Shown: positions 55,501 to 64,000 of the stretch, one piece after another
Position numbering within the stretch: position 1 is the first letter of the stretch
How the letters are laid out: each line of letters begins with the position of its first letter
Assembly: GCA_051362555.1 (NCBI GenBank)
Contig: CM120648.1
Location: 473,721 to 537,720 of the forward strand
Source: Lingula anatina
Lineage: Eukaryota; Animalia; Brachiopoda
Reading direction: 5' to 3'
DNA: 64,000 bases
Notes under the pieces: model-generated
What the model saw: the letters and a program-made list of their open reading frames with translations, nothing else
Told to the model about the DNA's origin: nothing
The model's database searches: none
Translations under genes and position numbers: made by a program

Positions 55501-55759
55501 AAGATGTAAGCTCGTGGAAAACTACAGCTGACTAATGCACATCTGGGAAACAGATCATCAAACTTTACTGAACTTCGTACACACACACAAAAAAAAATAG
55601 TTTTTTGAAGTTCCTGTAGCTGTGTTGTTTTTGTGTTGCATTTATTGGTCCCTTGTCATTTATAGTACCGGTAAAATAACCTACCTGATACTCTCTCACC
55701 ACCTCACTTAAACATGGATAGCGTTCGCTAACCCATCTGTAAAACTTTGGCACTCCCAT
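31533..55759 (-). CDS. XRN1: 5'-3' exoribonuclease 1, about 36 exons
   Basis: Exon 1 55685-55759 [25 protein letters not shown]; 51143-51274 [21 protein letters not shown]; [21 protein letters not shown]; [13 protein letters not shown]; [13 protein letters not shown]; [10 protein letters not shown]; GNDFIPHLP; [13 protein letters not shown]; [20 protein letters not shown]; [23 protein letters not shown]; last exon RRLAANF, stop at 31533. Confidence 0.97.
33970..35076 (+). CDS. Intronless TRIM (RING-B-box-coiled coil) E3 ligase with acidic tail, nested antisense in an XRN1 intron
   Basis: C3HC4 RING CDIC...[11 protein letters not shown]...CPKC; B-box2 [32 protein letters not shown]; helical coiled coil; poly-Glu tail. 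First ATG at 33970; uninterrupted ORF. Confidence 0.9.
   Translation: MDACQSPHTIMEKFIHDFLTCDICQEEMMETRVLPCQHFFCLLCIQNIAKGKTRFPCPKCRAIVHLPKEGAKALPVHIMTERAKEFLKEFGHDATGPLQCDFHPEEKLNIFCKDDNSLLCGLCLVTGHNGHNVVVLKDEAEEKRKLLEKLIEDVDLLQRQTDEEDKLTRLEGLILKAKRNQKATIQARAAMLKKAIDECCEELCGDVDNIHSENLHHIQRSKSIIAQYKEEARKTREDAQTLLNQESDGLLIIQASSLGDSNLCLKPRAEIFIPSMTDRITLPETCESSAIGNLFGHLTTEKMEICNLETMSQEDQDGYPEDSDPEPDEIVVITDHEEEEEEDEEDEEEEEWERMLRSSVPNLHPSQK
44044..44525 (-). repeat. Tandem duplication of an XRN1 3' splice site plus exon start (6 copies; spacing 93,70,70,70,93 bp)
   Basis: tgtcaccccctcacgctttaactgagcctgaaata recurs with acceptor dinucleotides at 44107, 44200, 44270, 44340, 44410 and 44503. Confidence 0.93.
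45652..45723 (-). repeat. 29-bp tandem repeat (~2.5 copies) containing an XRN1 5' splice site
   Basis: atgacctactta(c/t)tcaaa(t/c)ctgtgtcacc repeated; reads gtaagtaggtcat on the minus strand. Confidence 0.8.
51377..55424 (+). mobile_element. BEL/Pao LTR retrotransposon, non-autonomous deletion derivative, in XRN1 intron 1
   Basis: 292-bp LTRs at 51377-51668 and 55133-55424 with one visible mismatch; 5-bp TSD ATATA (51372-51376, 55425-55429); purine-rich tract aggagccgggaa at 55121-55132. Confidence 0.95.
51703..54723 (+). CDS. BEL/Pao Gag-protease polyprotein fused to integrase remnants (no RT, RNase H or integrase DDE core)
   Basis: Gag [14 protein letters not shown]...[12 protein letters not shown]; three Zn knuckles ([40 protein letters not shown]); protease-site [10 protein letters not shown]; HHCC motif H...GHAG...CVIC; C-terminal TPNHIL...[12 protein letters not shown]; frameshifted tail RNAWPMGRI...GLVRTV to 54880. 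Confidence 0.9.
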   Translation: MNGETNADVPQSMTDSTTIKTLRDRKSAALRSVTVCRNKTVNAMTDFNNLHIVKTNLEQYDELFAKYQSAYNKYCEKLSEDEMTKELHAFEERQISMLEFRRHVLNWTSEAEQALTADCTSSAKGSNHSSGSRSSRPSRSSQSAHTEVSARVKEQAKIAELTVEKELLQKKHRLMMENEQLRVEGEIAKARARERVYAEDDITTHAAATPTSSHDASHSNPAPVNLGETQRPSSAPLNVDAPEFRPHQAHTHPSSMTEESHLVSTNTLVAALSLPKPEIPKFSGDLISYRTFMTAFDTRIASRTASPSDRLYYLDQHLIGEPKDIVSGCFLFDPETGYQEARRLLDKEYGDPYKTALVYINKVNAWPVIKQDDCIGLKKLSLFLTKCCNAMKCLSYLNVLDHPPNVLNVVQKLPFYLQNKWSEQVSRVRQTEHAILKFQDLVTFIASASDAANDPIYGKATKQHVPANGTIQQGKGQMKMTSFAMTSQGYVGSSLNCPLCQQHHDLDDCPTFTSKSMADKRQFLKEKRLCFGCYRPDHISKGCLGKRVCQKCHKRHPTSLHIEGFQLRTSLGSQTNSDGKKTRDSSTVSVNTNDTTVNSICAATDSSDSTVLHGVLPVKVSQRGSSKVITTYCFYDNGSSGCFITNDLFQNLEASGIPTRLKLTTMQGTNCVDSTLVEGLVITDLNGNNEIDMPKTFTRNVIPIDHRQIATPEIVQRWDHLRHIASVIPEFQQGVDIGILIGNNCPLALEPLNVVSTDGTCNKPYAMQLRHGWTVYGPAYSSDVDHISCNRIMVEETSKELFTPATVMQMMEPEFNDHKPSYLDEKDMSQEDMKFIKLVEEGIYNAEVNQLSMAESGSTRSRVTAEREHAKHQIILLRRCHVTTIVIREAHTILGHAGRNHVLASLNNKYWVIQGNTAVRSVLSTCVICRRTPNHILTGRSHVNIPPSSVFQRHDLYLRKKWRKVQYLSNVFWFRSRKEYVLNHQTRHKWKEKQRNLSRRVHHKRR

Positions 55760-55947
55760 TTCAGCTGTTCATATATTAAATCCTCAGCTATCAGGGTTAT
55801 ATACAAGTCGTAGTTGCACAACAGTTTTCGTACTTTTCACTAGCAGATTACAAGTCTCGTTGCCGACGTGACTTCCGGCGAGATTTGGAGACAGCACAGA
55901 AATCTAACACGTTCGCATTAGTTGTGGGTAGCAGAACAGCGAACAAA
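55760..55947. promoter_or_regulatory. Compact bidirectional promoter between XRN1 and SPCS1
   Basis: 188 bp between divergent ATGs; ETS motif ACTTCCGG (55871-55878) abutting ACGTG(AC). Confidence 0.7.
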
Positions 55948-57844
55948 ATGGATTTTGTTATTGGTATGCTGCCTGAAAGCGTCAAGAATTTGCCCACACA
56001 TATGGCAAGTATTTATCAGATACGCTACAATGATTTGCAATATCAGGATACCTTAAATATCTTAACACATGTTCCATATGCTTCGAGCCGGTCACACACA
56101 CACACAGTGACACACACATATGCAGGCGGTGGCTGGTCCACGCACTAAACTAGTACAATTGTTTTTATTTAACTTATGAATGTGTATGTTTCAGGATTTT
56201 GATGGACAAAGGAGAGCAGAAAGAATATTCCAAATAATCATAGTGCTGTTTGCAGTAAGTCATAAATATTTTAAAGTAATCATGTCAACACATTTTCAAT
56301 GCGGTAGACTGTAGAAGACACCTTTGACTAGTTCAATATATGGCTTTTATTTATAATTTTCTTCTAGCCTGGATCAAAATGAAAATCATTTGCAATTTTT
56401 AAATTAAATTTTGATACTCACTATTTGTTTCAATTATTTATAATTTTCTTCCAGACAAAAATAAAATGAAAATCATTACATTTTAAAATTAAATTGTGAT
56501 ATCCACTTTATTAGTATGTTTGTTATTACTTCAGGCTGTAGGCTTTGTATGGGGTTATATCTGCCAGCAGTTTTCACAGACTATGTACATACTAGGAGCT
56601 GGATTTGTACTCTCTTGCCTGGTAAGAATATTCTGCATAGAACACTTCTTTACTAGTAAACAATGTGATCATTGTGTGAATATTTGTCTGCTTTGGCCCC
56701 AACTGTATCAGCAGAGTTAGGTGAAATATACTGTGTTTTAAGACTATGTCAGTCAACATCAATATATGGTTAATGGTTCAAACCAATACTTAACCCATAA
56801 TTTAGTTATTGAAACTTAAGTGGACTACATTGATTAGGATTTATCTTGAACATTTTTCTGTCAAGACATAATAGTAGACCAATTTCTTTCGTGGATAAAG
56901 TTTTTTATAATGTGAAACCAGGCCCTTATGAAAATTTGTCTGTTATCCCATTTGAATCACCCTGAGCTTCAGAGATAACTTGACACTAACCTCTTCACAA
57001 TAGCCTATCTTCATCGTGTCAAGTTACCTCTGACCACATTCGATTGCCCCCGCCGCCCGCCAATCAAATTTAAAGCCCGCACTCAATGACTCATTGAACG
57101 ATCTAGCCAATGAACCCGAACGAGTCAAAGCGCGCTTTGTTCAAATCCGGACCAATCAAAGATAAGGCTGAATATCAGGGACTTGCCGTAACCTGTGGGC
57201 AGCACGCAAAATACATTAACCCTCAGTAGATAACGATGCAGGGCCTCAAACTGCTCTGGTTTCAATTCCGATATACTCATATTTTGCAAAGAATCAAGAG
57301 ATAACTTAACATTATTTTACGTAGTCACTCGTAGGAGATGCCATGCTTTCTTTGTGTACGGTTATGCACTCGGAACTACTCGGATGTCTCCGCACTCGAC
57401 AATAACTTTGTTGTTAGTATGGAGCTTGTGGAATCAGCCGAGGATTGCCGATTGACGGTCAACCAATCAGCGTTTTCACCAAACTTTGGTGAAAATTATT
57501 GAAGCTTGGATTCGATTGGCTTATATAAACTATGTCAAACTATTTTCGTCAGAGGTAACTTGACAGGATGAAGATAGGCTATTGTGAAGAAGTTAGTGTC
57601 AAGTTATCTCTGAAGCTCAGGGTGATTTGAATATATTATCACTTACAATTTGTGTAATTGAAAAAAGGAACATAGTGCTGAATTATGGGGATATTTGTCA
57701 TTTCAGTTAACTCTGCCACCTTGGCCGATCTACCGACGGAAACCTCTCCCGTGGCAGAAGGCCCGTCCATCAGTAGATGAAAAAGAGGGCAGCACAAGTC
57801 AAGCTGCCGCAGCCCCTGCTGGAAAAGGAAAGAAGAAAAAATAG
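55948..57844 (+). CDS. SPCS1: Signal peptidase complex subunit 1 (113 aa, 4 exons)
   Basis: Exons 55948-56004, 56195-56254, 56535-56621, 57707-57844 give ...LPTHM|DFDGQRRAERIFQIIIVLFA|AVGFVWGYICQQFSQTMYILGAGFVLSCL|LTLPPWPIYRRKPLPWQ...KGKKKK*. Not called as a single ORF in the supplied track. Confidence 0.95.
56958..57624. mobile_element. Non-autonomous DNA transposon, copy 1 (~77-bp TIRs, 8-bp TSD) with RecQ-like helicase fragment
   Basis: Ends CACCCTGAGCTTCAGAGATAACTTGAC...GTCAAGTTATCTCTGAAGCTCAGGGTG; TSD ATTTGAAT (56950-56957, 57625-57632); in SPCS1 intron 3. Confidence 0.93.
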
Positions 57845-60831
57845 TGCAATGACTCAAAAGAACTCTATGAATTCAAGATATTAAATAATATTATGTGTAT
57901 ATATATATTGTATTTTATATGGACCATAATAACTGTATCTGGTCAATAAAGTCTGATGTTCATGATATAGACTTGCTTACTGATTTCTACATATAGTGTA
58001 GAATTATGCATATTAAGGAAGTAGGCATGTCATATAATTGTCAATAAACCACATTAAACCAGACTAAATGCCAACATGTAATTTCAGGAAGCATAACTTA
58101 AAGAAATGTTACAGGGTTTCCTTTCAATATTTCCTTTCAATTTCATTTTTAATCCGATTAGAAGCAGAAGGGAATGATAAGTAGGTCAGTGATAACATCT
58201 ACTTTTTTGTCATGAGGTCAACTAATGCAAAACTTTGAAATCAACTTTAGTTATTGATCAGTACAATTTATAACAAAAACATTAATTTATTAATTATATT
58301 AATCTTTTCTTAAGTTATTTTTTGAGTGGGGAAGTAATTATAATGATCTTATAATGATCAAATTTCATGAAGAAATAGTGAAAAGTGCAGCCAATGTTGT
58401 TTTAAAACAACTATAAAAACAAATGCTTCTTTTGAGTATAAAAAGTTTATTAAGCATCATAGCACCACTTATAACCTTTAAAACAAATGACACAAAACAT
58501 GTTCTTTCTGTTTTCGTTTTCAGCAACATAGAATTTCTTAACTATAAATGCCATTCTTTATCACAAGTTGAGTGAAAACTAATCCTTTCTGATAAAAATT
58601 CAACTAAACTGAGATTCATAGTCCCAAAAAAGTGCTTCATAAATTCTTGTTTCATGCTTTTATCAGCTTTTTCCTCGAGTTGCAATTGAGTTCAGCTCTC
58701 CAGATAGTCCTTGAAATTAAGTAACTATGGAAGGCAAATTCTCTTTTAATTCCAAATAATAAAATAAGAAGCACCATTGGTCATTCATAAACAGAGAGCA
58801 GTTGACTGCACAACCTCGTGCTGAGACACACCTAGTCTTATTTTCCTTTTGTGGCCAATAATACCATGTTCTTAGTCATAATGGACTTAACAACATTGAC
58901 AAATAAATTCAAATTTTATCTTCCTTAACAATAATTCTTCACTGATTTAGATGGTTTTCAGTTTCATCTTGGGATCATACTACGAGACATTCGCTATGTA
59001 CTACTGACCAAAAATGTTCTGCTTAAAAAAAGGAAAAAAATTACATTATGGGTTAAGGAAACTTGTCAATGTACCAATAAAAGTAATAATAAAAATGTTA
59101 TAATTAAAATTTGCAAACAGCATGAATACTGCATTATCTGGGACCTTTGTATTAATTTTGACACAATTTCTTAAAAAGTAAAAGCTTACATTCAGACTGA
59201 CTTGGACAACACATTCTTAACATTCTACAAGTCTATACATAAGAGCTAGATAAAAGACAAATTCAAATTGATAATGATGATATATAAAATATTCAAGAAG
59301 CACCACTGCAGCTAATGAAGCACAATGTTTTCATAATTTGTCAATGATAATAATTTATGTGAATATGATGGATGCTCTCTTTTATATATGGCAAAGTCTG
59401 TCTATATTACAGTTGTTCACTGATAATAAAAAAAACTCTTCTTATCGCTCCCTTGCTAAATGACTTTAATGGATTTTAAAATGAACTCTTACCAGATATT
59501 CCTAATGTATGAGAGAAAAAAAAACAAAACTTTTATCTGATACTTTTTGGTACAAAACTTTCTAAGTGCAATACAAGTTTTCAGATAAACTCTCATGGTT
59601 TCAAACACTGGACTACAACTTAAACAACAGTCTCAGTCTCATCTAAAATAAAATAATTGTTATTGAAAATTAAAATGGCATGCAGTGAGAATTAATTGAA
59701 CCTGACATATCATTTAATCAAATGTAATTTATGGCACATCAAATACACTTCTCTACTAAATTCCAACTGGCTAAATTCTAACTACTAAATTTAATGTTTT
59801 AATCTTATGAAGTAATAGTTAATTATGTATAGTTATTGTATCAGGCCCTATGGCATATATTTATATTATTAAGCAAAAGCTCTAGAAAGGCTAAAATTAA
59901 ATTTACCAAAATAACCAAAGATTCATATATTTAATGGAGCTATACTGTGCGTAGTTTGTTTTATGTCTCTTTAATGCTGTTAAATTGGAATATTTCCATA
60001 AAAATGTCATTTAGATACAGGAATGGCAATATGAACTTATGAATATATTGTAGTATGACACAGAACATCAAGTCACACTAAACCTAACACTGGGGACAAG
60101 GTAATTTAAGACTAAATTTGAGAAGGACTAGTGCTGACTTACATATCAAAGCAAAATTTCTAAAAAATTTCCTAAAATGACTTTCTACTTCCTGCAAAAA
60201 GCTAATGATGAGCTTCAGTCTCATCATAATTTGATGTTATATAATAAAATAGCAGAAAATGAATAAATGACTTATAAATTTCAACTTTAAAAAGTTAAAT
60301 GAATAAAAGCATGCACAGTATTTTTGTTTTCTTTCATATGTCTCAACATCCAATTAAAATGTGCACATCATCTTTTTTTGCTTTTGATTATTATATATAA
60401 ACAAGGAAACGTACAAAAAAAATCCGAGGCTAATACATGCTTAAGCAAAAATGGAAACTTTGCGGAAAGTTTTAGGGAAAGTCTTAGACTCTTTTTTATA
60501 GCACCTTAAGGTTCTGAAGGCTACCTGGCAACTTTTAATGACTCACAAAAACCTAGGCATCAGGATTTTTCCCATGATGATTATTCTAATCAATGGTTAA
60601 AAAATTAATATTTTCATTCTCTTACTAAATAACCTTTATGACATTTTCACACTATGATGATTTCTTCTGCAACAGTTTAACAGCAGCATCAGGAATAGAA
60701 ATAAGCTTTTGATTATTTCTACTGTTACAGGATTTCAAATTTAAACCAAGGCTGAACATAAGAGCATTTTTATCTGGTGTGGGAGAGGCTCGTAAATTTG
60801 TCCCATGTCCCCAGCACCAGGAGAGGACTCT

Positions 60832-62281
60832 TTATACCGTCCCATATCTCCTGGCTACTTTGAACTGTCCCGTAGGATCTGGGATATAGTACTTGTCCCA
60901 TATTTTAGAGAACTGAGCCCCACCGTCCCATGGTTTAGTTGGACCGTCCCAGTGGATCAGCTTGGCACGGGATATGAACTGGTCTGAGTACATCTTCTTA
61001 TAGCGCATGCCTGAAGAAAAATGGCCTTGTGGTTAGTGTTTGAGGGACAACATGGGTTTGACCCCATCCTTCATAAACAGTGCCTGCTGTCTCCTCGCTT
61101 GCAACTCAGAACTTGAGGAGTGAAGCAGGGGTAATGCAACCAGTCTGACAGGGGATACTGCAATATTGTTTGCATGCTTACTTTCAGTGTGTACAGTGTG
61201 TACATGGTATGTGTGGAGGCCATGCATTCTGATTGCAAGATGGATTCTCACACTACACATCTGTCCAATACTCAGAAATACACAACATCTAAAATTTATT
61301 CTACACCTAAACTTTTACAAACAAGCACAATACAAAATTATGCAAAAGTCAGACCAAGACTAGAGAAAAATATATATTCAGTGGAGATGATATAATCAGA
61401 AGGAAAAGCTTATCTCTCTCTTACCTAAATGTCTGACATTCCACATTGGGTTGAGCAGAGAGAACCTCTTATACAGGGCTATCATCATAGGCGGCTGTGC
61501 TGCTCCTCCTGCTATACCAGTACCATACACCTCCTGCCTGGGAGATAGAGAATATGAATATAACCAGAGAGAGACTATAGCTGCAATACAGTAACAAAGA
61601 AACTCTCACATGTACTCTCCCCTTCTCTCTCTGTCTCTCTCTATCCCTGTCTATCGCTCTCTCATACACAAACATGCATGCATACTCACATACATACATA
61701 CACCCACACAGATTCATGCACACACATACACGCACACACCCATACACGCACACACACATACACACACAAACTCACCATGTATTCAGTTGTAACCAGTGTT
61801 GTATCTTGAGAGTCATGTTGGTTTGTTTCCAGGTAGTTATATCCATAGCAAACACACCAGGGTTAAAGGAGCAAGCCAACGGACTCATCTTCAGCCGCTT
61901 TATTGAAGGGTTTTTAAAGTTGATATAGTTCTGGTAGTTGTTCTAAAAAGTTCATGATAATTCATAATTAGCAAAACAGCTTGTTTAACTTAGTTATTAC
62001 AATCAATTTAACGTACAACAATTACAATTTTTACAAATCAAACTCATAGTTATCATTACTTTAACATTCAGCAGCACCTATGTGTCTTCCTTAAAACTGA
62101 ATGGAGAAGTTTCAATATGCATAACTAAGTTGTGATAAAGGGAAAAGAAAACTAAATCTAGTAAAAATCCTCCACTTTTTTGGCTTTTATTCATTAACAC
62201 AATATTTAATTCTAACCCCCCAGAGGGCCATGTGTAAGATAAGTGTATGCACTTAACATGTTTCACCCTCTTTAAATAAAG

Positions 62282-62337
<56 letters not shown>

Positions 62338-63589
62338 CTAAAAACCTGGTGCAGGTACCTGAATGTGACTGAATCTTTTGGACACTGAGTTACAGTCCTC
62401 GGAGACGGCCACAGCATGACCTCTGCGGATTCGTGTCTTGTTCAGCTCTCCTATGTCACCTTGAAAGAATTTCAGCAAGATGCTATGACAGTCTTTAAGT
62501 CTAGATTACATTTGAAATGCGATGCCCTTATGGTGCCTGTATAGCACCCCTAATACCCTTTTCACCCATTGAAATGATCGAGTTATTACCCTAATTTCCT
62601 GATCAGCCTAGAATCTCTGTAGTAACATGTAACACCAGATCACAACACAAACAAGATTCTCTAGACCTCTCTTGTCTCTATCACCCTGAGCTTCAGAGAT
62701 AACTTGACACTAACCTCTTCACTATAGCCTATCTTCATCGTGTCAAGTTACCTCTGACCACATTCGATTGCCCCCGCCGCCCGCCAATCAAATTTAAAGC
62801 CCGCACTCAATGACTCATTGAACGATCTAGCCAATGAACGCGAACGAGTCAAAGCGCGCTTTGTTCAAATCCGGACCAATCACAGATAAACCTGAATATC
62901 AGGGACTTGCCGTAACCTGTGGGCAGCACGCAAAATACATAATCCCTCAGTAGATAATGATGCAGGGCCTCAAACTGCTCTGGTTTCAATTCCGATATAC
63001 TCATACTTTGCAAAGAATCAAGAGAAAACTTAACACATTATTTTACATAGTCACTCGTAGGAGACGCCATGCTTTCTTCGTGTACGGTTATGCACTCGGA
63101 ACTACTCGGATGTCTCCGCACTTGACAATAACTTTGTTGTTTGTATGGAGCTTGCGGAATCAGCCGAGGATTGCCGATTGACGGTCAACCAATCAGCGTT
63201 TTCACCAATTTTTGGTGAAAAATTTTGAAACTTGGATTCGATTGGCTTATATAAACTAGGTCAAACTATTTTCGTCAGAGGTAACTTGACACGATGAAGA
63301 TAGGCTATAGTGAAGAGGTTAGTGTCAAGTTATCTCTGAAGCTCAGGGTGGTCTCTATAAATTTCACACATAATTTTTTTCCAAGTCTTTAATTTATCCA
63401 CATTTGGTTTAAAAATGATCATTTCATAAAAATGGTTGATTGACAGACAATAATAATTATCCAAATTTCAAAGGTTAGAGTGACCTTCAGTCACCACTTA
63501 CCCTGTACTATCACATCACTGTCCACGTAAACAACACGACCCTGGAGATCAGGCAACAAAGTGGGAACAAAAAATCTAGCATACACAAT
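60832..63589 (-). CDS. GLT8D1: Glycosyltransferase family 8 domain-containing protein (GLT8D1/2-like), last five exons; 5' part outside window
   Basis: Exons 63502-63589 (IVYARFFVPTLLP...VYVDSDVIVQG, DxD motif), 62359-62459, 61776-61942 (CSFNPGVF), 61425-61537 (QPPMMIALY...WNVRHLG), 60832-61010 (AKLIHWDGPTKPW...IWDKYYIPDPTGQF); splice phases are consistent. Confidence 0.88.
62682..63350. mobile_element. Non-autonomous DNA transposon, copy 2 (same family as 56958-57624)
   Basis: Same TIRs and highly similar interior; different TSD GTCTCTAT (62674-62681, 63351-63358); in a GLT8D intron. Confidence 0.93.
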
Positions 63590-64000
63590 CTGAAATATCA
63601 AAATAATAAATTGTTATGTGCTCATAAAGATGGTAAAACTCAAATCAGGCACCAAAGTTGGGAACAAAGAACTGAGCACACACTGTTCACATTTCTCACT
63701 TGTGGCTTGGAAAACAATGAGGTGAAGACAGTGAGGACATTCAGAAGTTGAACTGCAGACTAACAGTTCTGTGGAACAAGTATGGCCAGACCACAGAAAA
63801 GCAGAGCAGACTTATACGCTGATGGTTTCCCTGCCTCTGCACTTGCCATTAGACAGATTAAATCACAGTTCCAATGTTTAATTGGTAGACTCCAATGTTT
63901 AATTGCTAGACCCCTGCAGGAATGGCAGGTGTGGAGGCGAGGGGACCATCAGCAGATTAGTCAGCTCTGCTTCAGTGTGGGTCTGCCATATTTGATCCGC

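Noticed and set aside
8426-55759. A co-functional immune cluster (NLR-like, UNC93, TRIM, XRN1)
   Set aside because: Proximity alone is not evidence in an animal genome, and the UNC93 gene resembles UNC93A rather than the TLR chaperone UNC93B1.
62957-63181. Plus-strand 74-aa ORF within the TIR element
   Set aside because: No recognisable motif and not preserved in copy 1 (2-bp indel); the meaningful coding remnant is on the minus strand.

Overview
AT-rich, intron-rich animal genomic DNA, probably a marine invertebrate (lineage not determinable here). Left to right: 3' half of an L2/CR1-type LINE; a minus-strand secreted multi-EGF gene (13 exons visible) whose 13.7-kb intron hides a plus-strand gene encoding a DZIP3-type HEPN domain + NB-ARC (STAND) ATPase + 38 near-identical 42-aa TPRs; a UNC93A-like MFS gene; XRN1 (minus, ~36 exons) containing a nested antisense intronless TRIM gene, a tandemly multiplied exon acceptor and a young, internally deleted BEL/Pao LTR element; SPCS1 (head-to-head with XRN1, GC-AG first intron); and the 3' part of a GLT8D-like glycosyltransferase. 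Two copies of a ~668-bp TIR element with 8-bp TSDs carry a RecQ-type helicase fragment. The top candidates for novelty are the HEPN-STAND-TPR receptor with its shuffled repeat array and the helicase-bearing DNA transposon family. Domain calls come from motif recognition by eye; no database search was run.
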